DNA from: an uncultured bacterium
Lineage (GTDB): Bacteria > Krumholzibacteriota > Krumholzibacteriia > G020349025
DNA: 64,000 nucleotides
Reading direction: 5' to 3'
NCBI GenBank assembly: GCA_964567755.1
Contig: CAZMNW010000047.1
Span: 80,229-144,228 of the forward strand
Position numbers and translations under genes: made by a program
Part shown: in pieces, positions 39,667 through 48,219 of the stretch
Position numbering within the stretch: the stretch's first letter is position 1
Layout: the number at the start of each line of letters is the position of its first letter
The notes under the pieces: generated by a model
Told to the model about the DNA's origin: nothing
What the model saw: only the letters and a program-made list of their open reading frames with translations
Database searches by the model: none

Positions 39667-41156
39667 CCGCGCCGCCTCCGGCGCGTTTCGCCTTCCATGC
39701 CGGCGAGCGCGAGTCGTTGCCGGCGCGCATCGCCGCGCATGCGGGCGCGCTCGGCGGGCTTGTCATCGCCATCGACGGCCCAGCCGGCTCGGGCAAGAGC
39801 ACCACCGCGCGCGGGGTGGCGCAACGTCTCGGCCTCCGCCACCTCGACACCGGGGCGCTCTATCGCGCCGTGACGCTGGCGGCGCAACAGCGTGGCTGCG
39901 ATCTCGACGATGGTGCGGCGTTGGCGCGCTTGGTGGAAGCAGCCGCGTTGCGTGTGGAGTGTACGCATGATGGCACGCAAGTGCATCTGGGCGCGGAAAA
40001 TGTCAGCGCCGCGATTCGTGCCGCCGCTGTCAGTGCCGCGGTATCGCACGTGAGCGCGCATCCCGCGGTGCGGGACGCCATGCTCGGCTTGCAGCAGCGG
40101 TTGGCGTCGGCCGGCGGCACCGTGATGGAAGGGCGCGACATCGGCACCGTCGTCCTGCCGCGCGCCGACCTCAAGGTTTTCCTCACTGCTGATATGGCGA
40201 TGCGCGCCGCGCGCCGGCAACGCGAAGAGGCAGCTCGCGGCGAAGCGCGTGCCGCTTCGACGGTGGAGAGCGAGATCGAAGCGCGCGATCGTGCCGATTC
40301 GACGCGTGCTCATGCACCGCTTGCCCGCGCGACCGATGCCGTCGAAGTCGACACGACTACGCTCACGATCGAGGCGCAGATCGATGCCGTGGTGGCGTTG
40401 GCGCTGCGCGTGGTGCAGCAGAACACGAGCGTGCACACGCTCCCGATCGTGGCCGAGGACTGGGAGCAACCACATTATCGACCCTTGAAACGCGTGCAAT
40501 ATCGGTTCGCGCGCGCGGCGATCGGCACCGTGGCGTGGACCTGGTGCGGCATGCGGCGCACGATCCACCCCGCAGCGCGTTTGCACGGCAGCGTGCTGGT
40601 CGCGTGCAATCACGTCTCGGGGCTCGACCCGCCGCTCGTGGGCGCGGCGCTCCCTTTCGAAGTCAGTTTCGTCGCCAAGCGCGAGCTGTTTCGCCCGGCG
40701 CTGGTCGGCTGGATCCTCCGCCGCTTCAACGCCTTTCCCATCCAACGCGGCACGGCCGACTACGCCGCGCTCGACCACGCCGTCGCGCTCCTCCAAGGCG
40801 GCGAAAGCGTCATCATGTTTCCCGAGGGCACGCGCCACCCGTCCGGTCGGCTCGGCGCGCCGCGTTGGGGGTTCGGCTATGTCGCGCGCCGAGCCGGACG
40901 TCCGATCGTGCCGGTGTTCGTGCGCGGGACGCAAGATCGGCGACCGCGTGGCTTGCGCCGGCATCCCCTCGAGATCTGGGTGGGGGAGCCCTTCACGCTC
41001 GGCGCCGTCCCCGACGACGCCACCGGCTACACGCAAATGGGCAACGCGGCGATGCAACGCATCGCCGGGCTCATGCTCCGGTCGGCCGCGTCCAGACCAT
41101 TGGCCGGACTCGAACTGCCGGGTGAGTACGCCGATCAGGTCTTGCCCGAGCCATGA
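39663..41156 (+). CDS. cmk: Fused cytidylate kinase / 1-acyl-sn-glycerol-3-phosphate acyltransferase (Cmk-PlsC)
   Basis: N-terminal half has the P-loop 'IAIDGPAGSGKSTTARGVAQRLGLRHLDTGALYRA' plus the rest of the Cmk fold. C-terminal half has acyltransferase motifs 'NHVSGLDP' (HX4D) and 'FPEGTRH', in one uninterrupted frame. ATG overlaps the DAHP synthase stop. Confidence 0.8.
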   Translation: MTAPPPARFAFHAGERESLPARIAAHAGALGGLVIAIDGPAGSGKSTTARGVAQRLGLRHLDTGALYRAVTLAAQQRGCDLDDGAALARLVEAAALRVECTHDGTQVHLGAENVSAAIRAAAVSAAVSHVSAHPAVRDAMLGLQQRLASAGGTVMEGRDIGTVVLPRADLKVFLTADMAMRAARRQREEAARGEARAASTVESEIEARDRADSTRAHAPLARATDAVEVDTTTLTIEAQIDAVVALALRVVQQNTSVHTLPIVAEDWEQPHYRPLKRVQYRFARAAIGTVAWTWCGMRRTIHPAARLHGSVLVACNHVSGLDPPLVGAALPFEVSFVAKRELFRPALVGWILRRFNAFPIQRGTADYAALDHAVALLQGGESVIMFPEGTRHPSGRLGAPRWGFGYVARRAGRPIVPVFVRGTQDRRPRGLRRHPLEIWVGEPFTLGAVPDDATGYTQMGNAAMQRIAGLMLRSAASRPLAGLELPGEYADQVLPEP

Positions 41157-41207
41157 GAACGGCACCTTGAATTGGAGGAGCGCCTCGGTTGTGCCGCGGA
41201 GTTCACC

Positions 41208-43031
41208 CTACCGGAGCAGCACGAGCTTCCGCGTCCTGATCTCACCGAGCGCTTCGAGCTTCGCTACGTAGATACCGGAGGCGACGTTCGCGCCCCGTGC
41301 ATCGCGGCGTGCCCACGAAACCGGATGCCAACCGGCAGGTTCCGGTCCATTCACGAGCGTGGTTACGAGGCGGCCGCGGACATCGAAGATGGCGAGCTGC
41401 ACGCGCGCGGCCCTCGGCAGCGCGAAACGCAGCAGCGCCGGTCCGGACGAAGGGTTCGCTCGCGCCACTGCGAGTTGAAACGCGGGGCCCGGTGCTGGAA
41501 GCTCACCGATGTCGACGACATCGAGCTCGCGCAGCGTGAGAAGCTGGTCGGCGGGGACCGCGAGGTAGGTCTCGACGTGGCCCGAGGGCCAGAACACGAT
41601 GACCGAGTCGGCCAAGCCGGCGGCTCCGAGACCGAATTCGAGCGTGAGCGAGTTTTGGGACATGTAGCCCGACCCTCCCGAAACCTCCCCGATCTGGCTC
41701 GCGCCTCCCGCCACGATGCGCACACGCGCGCCGATCGCTGCTCGGTTGGAGATCTGGCCGATCAGGTCGAGGTGGAGCCAGTGATTGCCGTTGGCCAGGT
41801 CGTTGCGCAGGAGCACGTTCGACTGGCCATCGTTGACGAGATAGAGATCGAGGTCCCCGTCCGCGTCGTAATCGCACCACGCGACCCCTGTGCCATTCCC
41901 CGTGTCGCCGAGCGGTCCGCTCGTCAGCGCAGTGAACGTGTCGCCGCCGTCATTCCGCAGCAGCCGGTTGGCGGAAGCGTAATTCGCCAGGTAGAGGTCG
42001 AGGTCGCCGTCGTTGTCGAAGTCACCCCAGGCGACTCCGGTCCCGTCCCCGAGATCGCCGAGTGGACCGGCAGTGATCTGGGTGAAGACGTTCCCGCCGT
42101 CGTTTCGGATGAGCTTATTGGCAGTGCCGTAGTTCGCCACGTAAAGATCGAGGTCGCCGTCGTTGTCGGAGTCCCCCCACGCTGCGCCCTGGCCCGCGCC
42201 GCCGTCCTCGATCGCGAGCCCCGTGATTCGCGTGAACACGCCGTCGCCGTCGTTGCGCAGCAAGCGATTCGGCCCGTCATTCGTGATGTAGAGATCCGGG
42301 TCGCCGTCGTTGTCGGAATCGCCCCAGGTCGCGGCGAGCCCCCAGCCCGCGGCGCCCAGCGGGCCCGTCGTGGCATCGACGAACATTTCGGGCCCATCGT
42401 TTCGGAAAAGCTTGTTCGGAGTTCCGTAGTTCACGAGATAGAGGTCCAGGTCACCGTCTTGGTCGTAGTCGGCCCACGCCGCGCTCTGCCCCGCACCCGT
42501 GTCGCCGAGAGGCCCGCTCGTCACGTCGGCGAAGACGCCGCCATCGTTGCGGAATAGCTTGTTCGCCGTGAGGTAATTGACGAGGTAGATGTCGAGGTCG
42601 CCATCGTTGTCATAGTCGCCCCACACGGCCGCCCCGGCATTGCCTGAGTCGTCCAGCGGGGAGGCGGTGACGTCGGTGAAGTTCGAGTTGCCACCGTCGT
42701 TGCGGAGCAGGAGGTTCGGCCCGTCGTTGGTGACGTACAGATCCTGATCTCCGTCACCGTCGTAGTCCCCCCAGGCGACGCCGAAGCCCGATCCATTGTC
42801 CCCGAGCGGATTCTTGGTGATGGCCGTGAACTGACCCCGCGCGGTGGATAGGGGAATCGCGTCGATGAGAAGGGCGGCGGAGACGGCGAAGGCCGTCCGG
42901 GCGAGCCGCGTGGGTGACGGGATCGGCCTCCATCTGCACGCACCCCTGCTGTGCAGCATCGCTCCCCGCCGCGGAATGGGGGCGGGGCCCCAACGAATTG
43001 TCGGGGCCCCACTGCATTCGACTCGTCTCAC
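41208..43031 (-). CDS. Secreted FG-GAP/VCBS-repeat protein with ASPIC/UnbV-like domain and T9SS-type C-terminal sorting domain
   Basis: About 9 tandem repeats of 'GxAWGDYDNDGDLDLYVxNxGxNxLxRNDGG.FTDVT'. ASPIC/UnbV-like 'GGSGYMSQNSLTLEFGLG'. C-terminus '...GIYVAKLEALGEIRTRKLVLLR'. The N-terminal start is uncertain (possibly M25 at ~42959). Confidence 0.7.
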   Translation of the reverse strand: MRRVECSGAPTIRWGPAPIPRRGAMLHSRGACRWRPIPSPTRLARTAFAVSAALLIDAIPLSTARGQFTAITKNPLGDNGSGFGVAWGDYDGDGDQDLYVTNDGPNLLLRNDGGNSNFTDVTASPLDDSGNAGAAVWGDYDNDGDLDIYLVNYLTANKLFRNDGGVFADVTSGPLGDTGAGQSAAWADYDQDGDLDLYLVNYGTPNKLFRNDGPEMFVDATTGPLGAAGWGLAATWGDSDNDGDPDLYITNDGPNRLLRNDGDGVFTRITGLAIEDGGAGQGAAWGDSDNDGDLDLYVANYGTANKLIRNDGGNVFTQITAGPLGDLGDGTGVAWGDFDNDGDLDLYLANYASANRLLRNDGGDTFTALTSGPLGDTGNGTGVAWCDYDADGDLDLYLVNDGQSNVLLRNDLANGNHWLHLDLIGQISNRAAIGARVRIVAGGASQIGEVSGGSGYMSQNSLTLEFGLGAAGLADSVIVFWPSGHVETYLAVPADQLLTLRELDVVDIGELPAPGPAFQLAVARANPSSGPALLRFALPRAARVQLAIFDVRGRLVTTLVNGPEPAGWHPVSWARRDARGANVASGIYVAKLEALGEIRTRKLVLLR

Positions 43032-45103
43032 CGGGAGACCATGAGCTTGTGCGATCGAGTCACTCCATCACCCCGGAATCGCACGAGGTACATGCCGGTC
43101 GCCAGCGTCTCGCCGTTTTCCCCCACGGGCTGCCACGCCACGGTGTGCTCACCAGCAGCGTACCAGCCGTTCGCGAGCCGTCCCACTCGCCGGCCGGCGA
43201 TCGTGAAGAGGTCGATTTCCACCGGGCCGGGAGCGCGGAGGCTGAACCGGAGACTGCCGCCCGCAAGCGCGGGGTTCGGAGACGGTGCCCAGAACTGGGT
43301 CCGGCCCAAGCTCTCGGTGTCGTTGCGCTCGTCCAGCTTTCCGGCCAATGCGGGCATCGGCGCGACCAGATGATACGGCCGCATCATGTCGTTCTCTTCA
43401 TGCTCGAGGATATGGCAGTGCCAGACGTATCCCGGCTCCGCCGTCGCATCGAAGGCGAACGTCGATGATTCGTCCTGCGGCGCGAAGCGCACGAGAATTC
43501 GCGTCACCTCGCCAGGATTCATCCGGTACGTGTCCTTCCACCCGCGTTCGTTGGCGTCGGCCGGAACAGGCTTGCCCTTCAAGTACGGCCCCACCGGCAC
43601 CGGCGTGTAGGTCTCGGCCGGCAGCATTGGGTTGGCAGCGTCGAATGCCGTTTGGTAGCGGCGGACGTTGATCTTCTGGCGGTTGAGCAGCTGGAACTGA
43701 ACCAGATGGAGATGAATGGGGTGCGCGTCGCCCGTCAGATTCACGACCTCCCACATCTCGGTGGTCCCGAGCGTCGGGTACTCGGTCGCGGGCGCGTCAT
43801 GGAAGGACATTCCGTTCAGCAGCGCACCAATCGGCCCGCCCTCGCCCATCACCTCGTTCAGCGTCATCACTCGGGTCACCGTGGGGTTCACGAGGCGGTT
43901 GACGGTCGCAAGCTGCGGGGGAATGACGCTCGTGTCGGGGCTCTCGAGCGGCTTCACCCGGAAAAGCATGATCTGGCCCACGGTCTGCGGATCCGCCGCT
44001 TCACCGCTCGGGTAGGGAGCCTTGGCCCCGTTCTTCAGCAGGAACTCCGTGCCCTGCGCATAGGCCGAGAAGTCGACGACGACGTCGGCTCGCTCACCCG
44101 GGGCCAAGAGGAGCCGCTTCGAGCGAGTGTCGCTCGGATCGTTCAGGAGCACCGGCTCGGCCAAGTAGCCGCCGTCGGTTCCGATCTGGTAGAAGGCCGG
44201 CCCGGGTGCGCTCGTCACCCGCTCGGCGAGCGCGAGACTGTAGAAGCGCGCTTGGGAGCCGTTCAGAAAACGAAAACGGTACTTGCGCGGCTCCACCTCG
44301 AGGTAGGGCCACACCTTCCCGTTCACCAGCATCACGTTCCCGAAGAACTCCGGGATCCAGACCGGATGCACCTCGGTCACGCCCTCGTTCGGATACCAGA
44401 GCTGGCCGTCGGTGGTGAACATCCGGTCCTGAATGGCGAGCCCCATGTCGTAGGGCGCCGTCGGCAGCCCGGGCGGCTCGTTCCCCGGATCGGTGATGAG
44501 GTAGTAGCCGGCGAGACCCGCATAGACGTTGTGCCGCGTGTAGCCGAACGCGTGGTCGTGGTACCAGATCGTGGCCGGCAGCTGGCTGTTTGCATATTGC
44601 AGGACCTGCTTCGTCCAGTCGTGTCCGGTCTCGGCGAAGTTCGGCGTGAACCAGGTCAGCGGTCCACCGTCGCTTTGCGGCTCGACCTCGGCTCCGTGCA
44701 CGTGTGTGGTGATCGGGATGCCCGTGGTCGTCTCTGCCTTGGGGATCGTCGCGTCGAACGCGTATTGCAGGATATGGGGCGACGGGAGGTGGTTGGTCCA
44801 CCGGATCGAGATCGGCACTCCCTTCTGCGCCACGATCGTGGGACCGGGATAGCTGGCCGTCTCCTGCGAAGTGCCGTAGCCGTAGACCGTCGTGAGCGGC
44901 AGTTCGCCGTGTAGGCGTTGCTCGATCTGGTACGCACCGATCTCGTAGTAATTCGGCCCCGCCATGGGCGCGATTCCCGGGATCGGGAGCGGGTCGATGT
45001 ACTTGGTGAGCGTCAGTGGATTGAGTTCCTCTGCGGTGGCGCTGCCCGCAAGGATGACAAGCGGGAGAATCAACGTGCGCCGCCATGAGCTTCGGATCGA
45101 CAT
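43028..45103 (-). CDS. Multicopper oxidase (CotA/bilirubin-oxidase-like laccase) with T9SS-type C-terminal sorting domain
   Basis: Copper ligand motifs 'THVHGAEV', 'WYHDHAFGYT', 'HPIHLHLVQFQLL' and 'HCHILEHEENDMM'. Signal peptide 'MSIRSSWRRTLILPLVILAGSATA' with an AAGGAGAAG ribosome-binding site. C-terminus '...GMYLVRFRGDGVTRSHKLMVSR'. The stop overlaps the downstream FG-GAP gene start by 4 nt. The six-frame ORF is N-extended to 45292. Confidence 0.85.
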   Translation of the reverse strand: MSIRSSWRRTLILPLVILAGSATAEELNPLTLTKYIDPLPIPGIAPMAGPNYYEIGAYQIEQRLHGELPLTTVYGYGTSQETASYPGPTIVAQKGVPISIRWTNHLPSPHILQYAFDATIPKAETTTGIPITTHVHGAEVEPQSDGGPLTWFTPNFAETGHDWTKQVLQYANSQLPATIWYHDHAFGYTRHNVYAGLAGYYLITDPGNEPPGLPTAPYDMGLAIQDRMFTTDGQLWYPNEGVTEVHPVWIPEFFGNVMLVNGKVWPYLEVEPRKYRFRFLNGSQARFYSLALAERVTSAPGPAFYQIGTDGGYLAEPVLLNDPSDTRSKRLLLAPGERADVVVDFSAYAQGTEFLLKNGAKAPYPSGEAADPQTVGQIMLFRVKPLESPDTSVIPPQLATVNRLVNPTVTRVMTLNEVMGEGGPIGALLNGMSFHDAPATEYPTLGTTEMWEVVNLTGDAHPIHLHLVQFQLLNRQKINVRRYQTAFDAANPMLPAETYTPVPVGPYLKGKPVPADANERGWKDTYRMNPGEVTRILVRFAPQDESSTFAFDATAEPGYVWHCHILEHEENDMMRPYHLVAPMPALAGKLDERNDTESLGRTQFWAPSPNPALAGGSLRFSLRAPGPVEIDLFTIAGRRVGRLANGWYAAGEHTVAWQPVGENGETLATGMYLVRFRGDGVTRSHKLMVSR

Positions 45104-45707
45104 GACTTCTCCTTGCGAAGTGATGGCTCCGAAGGGGGTTCCCTGGCAGAAGGCTGCCCGCCGCTCCCAGCCGGCCGGCGGCATTCGTGCGCGGGCACCC
45201 GGGACGAAGTTCTTGTCCCCGGTGCGGCCAGGACGGCTCCTGGAGCGGAAATGGTGCGGAAGCCATCGGTAACATCCGGTATCTCTGTGCATCCCGAGGA
45301 AGTGTCAAGTGGGCTCATTCCTCGATGGTTCGAAGCGACCATCCACTCGGCTCGATTGACCCCGACAAATTCGCGGTCTCGGGCAATGAGGCCAACCGCC
45401 ACCACTCATGTCTCGGACCGCGACTCGCGGTTCGACACCAAACTCATCTATTTCGACGGCGTGGGAGGCAACGCGCCGCGATCGTGCTCTGAAACACGGT
45501 CCCCTTGAAGCGGGCGGAATCAGCGCTCCCAAGACCGCGGGCGAAGCATGCCGATGGACTGCTGGCCCATGACCCCTCGGGGCCTGCGCCACCGCGGTCG
45601 ATTCCAGACCGACGCCGGGCCTTGCGATTCCGGGCACTTGTTGGTAGGGTAGCGCGATTGTCCCCCAATATTGGGGAAGTCTTTGTGAATAAGGAGGAAT
45701 CCGGTTC

Positions 45708-47732
45708 ATGCTGGACGAGAGCAACACGCTCCGCAACGAGGAATCGAGGCGTGCCGAGCGCGCGCCGGAGGGAGGTGAATCGGCAGGGTCGCGGGGTGCT
45801 GTGTCCAGATCGGCTACGGCGACTTCGGATTCCGCATCGCGTCGTCGCGGTCCGCGGGACGAGGGTCGCGGCGGCGGCGGCGGCGGCTTCCGCGGACGCG
45901 GCTCGAGTCACGGCCGGCGTTCCTTCGACGACGAGGAAGAAGAACGCAAGCCGAAGAAGCGCACACCGGCGGCGCAGGTGAAGCCGTTCAACTTCGAGTT
46001 CGACGATCCCGACGCCGCTGCGCTGACGCGCGAGGCTTTCCTGCAGCAGGTTCTCGAATACGACGAGACGCTGCGCGACTTCGGCGAAGGCGAGATCGTC
46101 AAGGGCACCATCGTCGGCATCGGTCCAGTCGAAGTGCTCATGGACATCGGCTTCAAGAGCGAGGGCGCCATTCCCATCGCCGAGTTCGATGATCCGACGG
46201 CGCTCGTCGTCGGCCACCAGTTCGAAGTCTATCTCGAGAAGATGGAGAACCAGGACGGGCTCATCGTCCTGTCCAAGACCCGTGCCGATTTCCTCAAGGT
46301 CTGGGACCGTATCAAGGCGGCCTATGACAGCACCGACACCGTCAAGGGCACGGTCGACCGCCGCATCAAGGGCGGTTTGGTGGTCAAGCTGTACGGTGTG
46401 GACGCGTTTCTGCCCGGTTCGCAGGTGGCGCTGCGTCAGGTTCCGAACCTGGACGCACTGATCGGGCAAGAGCTGGAGTTCCGCATCATCAAGCTCAACA
46501 AGCGCCGGCGCAACATCGTGGTGTCGCGCCGGGTGGTGCTCGAGGAAGAGCGCTTCAAGCAGAAGTCGAAGATCATCTCCGACCTGGAGAAGGGTCAGAT
46601 CCGCAAGGGCACGGTGAAGAACATCACCGACTTCGGCGCTTTCGTCGACTTGGGCGGCATCGACGGCCTGTTGCATCTGACGGATCTGTCCTGGGGACGC
46701 GTCGCGCACCCGAGCGAAGTGGTCAACATCGGCCAGGAGCTCGAGGTCAAGGTGCTCGATTTCGATCGCGAGCGCGAGCGCATTTCGCTCGGGTTGAAGC
46801 AGCTGCAGCCCTACCCATGGAAAGAAGTGACGGAAAAATACCCCGTCGGCACACGCGTCAAGGGCAAGGTGGTGTCGATCACCGATTACGGCGCCTTCGT
46901 CGAGCTCGAACGCGGTGTCGAGGGTCTGATCCACATTTCCGAGATGTCGTGGACGAAGCACGTGCGGCATCCGTCCAAGATCGTCTCCGTCGGCAACGAC
47001 ATCGAGGTCATGGTGCTCAAGATCGACCCGGAGAACGAGAAGATCTCCCTCGGCCTGAAGCAAACCGAACCCGATCCGTGGGACACCTTGGCGGAGAAGT
47101 ATCCGCCAGGCGCCGTCCTCGAGGGCAAGGTTCGCAACCTCACCAACTTCGGTGCCTTCGTCGAGATCGAAGACGGCATCGACGGTCTGGTGCACATTTC
47201 GGACATGTCCTGGACGAAACGGGTGCGCCATCCGAGTGAAGTGGTGAAGAAGGGCGACAGTGTGCCGGTGAAGGTGCTCGAGGTCAACCGCGACAGCCGG
47301 CGGATCAGCCTCGGCATCAAGCAGACCATGGAAGATCCGTGGGATGACTTGGCGCGCGAATACGTCGTCGGCACCGTGATCGAAGGCACGACGGAGCGCC
47401 TGCTCGACCGCGGCGTCGTCGTCGAACTGCGTGCCGGTGTCGAGGGATTCGTGCCGGTTTCGCACTTGCTTCCGGACGACATCAAGAAGCCGGCCGAGTA
47501 CTTCGGTGTCGGTGACCGCATCCCGCTCAAAGTGATCAAGATGGATCCGGCGAACCGGCGCATCGTGTTGTCGGTTCGTGCCTACATGGAGGAAGCAACC
47601 GCCGAGGATCTGGCGGCCTTCAACGCCAAGTTCGGCACCAAGAAGCCGCTGTCGGAGATCGAGTCTTCGAACGGCCGCGATGGGGAAGCCGAGTTGGTCG
47701 CTGCTGACGACATGGAAGACGACGACCTCTGA
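45708..47732 (+). CDS. rpsA: 30S ribosomal protein S1 with ~105-aa RG-rich/acidic N-terminal extension
   Basis: Six S1 domains, beginning at '...EIVKGTIVGIGPVEVLMDIGFKSEGAIPIAEF'. The preceding 'RGGGGGGFRGRGSSHGRRSFDDEEEE...' region is absent from typical S1. A strong AAGGAGGAA ribosome-binding site precedes the ATG at 45708. Confidence 0.9.
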   Translation: MLDESNTLRNEESRRAERAPEGGESAGSRGAVSRSATATSDSASRRRGPRDEGRGGGGGGFRGRGSSHGRRSFDDEEEERKPKKRTPAAQVKPFNFEFDDPDAAALTREAFLQQVLEYDETLRDFGEGEIVKGTIVGIGPVEVLMDIGFKSEGAIPIAEFDDPTALVVGHQFEVYLEKMENQDGLIVLSKTRADFLKVWDRIKAAYDSTDTVKGTVDRRIKGGLVVKLYGVDAFLPGSQVALRQVPNLDALIGQELEFRIIKLNKRRRNIVVSRRVVLEEERFKQKSKIISDLEKGQIRKGTVKNITDFGAFVDLGGIDGLLHLTDLSWGRVAHPSEVVNIGQELEVKVLDFDRERERISLGLKQLQPYPWKEVTEKYPVGTRVKGKVVSITDYGAFVELERGVEGLIHISEMSWTKHVRHPSKIVSVGNDIEVMVLKIDPENEKISLGLKQTEPDPWDTLAEKYPPGAVLEGKVRNLTNFGAFVEIEDGIDGLVHISDMSWTKRVRHPSEVVKKGDSVPVKVLEVNRDSRRISLGIKQTMEDPWDDLAREYVVGTVIEGTTERLLDRGVVVELRAGVEGFVPVSHLLPDDIKKPAEYFGVGDRIPLKVIKMDPANRRIVLSVRAYMEEATAEDLAAFNAKFGTKKPLSEIESSNGRDGEAELVAADDMEDDDL

Positions 47733-47869
47733 TCCCAGCTGCGCTCGGGCGGAGACGGGCGATGGCCCGTCTCCGCCTCGACGTTGGTTCCGCCGCGCGG
47801 CCGCAGTCTATGATCCATTCGCGGCAGGCAGAGTGGCCGGCGGGACGCGTGCAAGGAGGAAGACCCCTC

Positions 47870-48202
47870 GTGTGGTTGGTGCGCAGCCTGCTCGTCTTCG
47901 TCGTCGTCGCCTCGGTGCTCGCGCTCGCCATCGTCAATGTCGAGCACCACACCGCGCTGACGTTGTTCACTCGCACCTACCAGAACCTGGCGCTCAACGT
48001 CGTCTTGTTCTGCTCCATGCTCTGCGGCGCCGGGCTCGTGTTCGTACTCATGGTGTTCCGCGAGTTCTCGCTGCGCAGCGAGATTCGGCGCCTGCGACGC
48101 GATAACCTCCGGCTCGACGACGAGCTCACGGCGTTGCGCAACCTTCCCCTCGCCGGGCTCGACGCCAAGGAAACCGCGAGTCCGCGCGCAGCGGAACGCT
48201 GA
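47870..48202 (+). CDS. LapA-like (YciS/DUF1049) inner-membrane protein
   Basis: Two TM helices ('LVRSLLVFVVVASVLALAIV', 'LALNVVLFCSMLCGAGLVFVLMVF') followed by a basic coiled region 'RSEIRRLRRDNLRLDDEL'. This is the same architecture as E. coli LapA. GTG start with an AAGGAGGA ribosome-binding site. Immediately upstream of a LapB-like gene. Confidence 0.55.
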   Translation: MWLVRSLLVFVVVASVLALAIVNVEHHTALTLFTRTYQNLALNVVLFCSMLCGAGLVFVLMVFREFSLRSEIRRLRRDNLRLDDELTALRNLPLAGLDAKETASPRAAER

Positions 48203-48219
48203 CGCCGCGGAGGTCTGTC

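Noticed and set aside
45104-45292. N-terminal 63 aa of ORF 43028..45292 as part of the multicopper oxidase
   Set aside because: An internal ATG at 45103 has a strong AAGGAGAAG ribosome-binding site and begins a canonical signal peptide. The upstream residues are non-signal-like junk.
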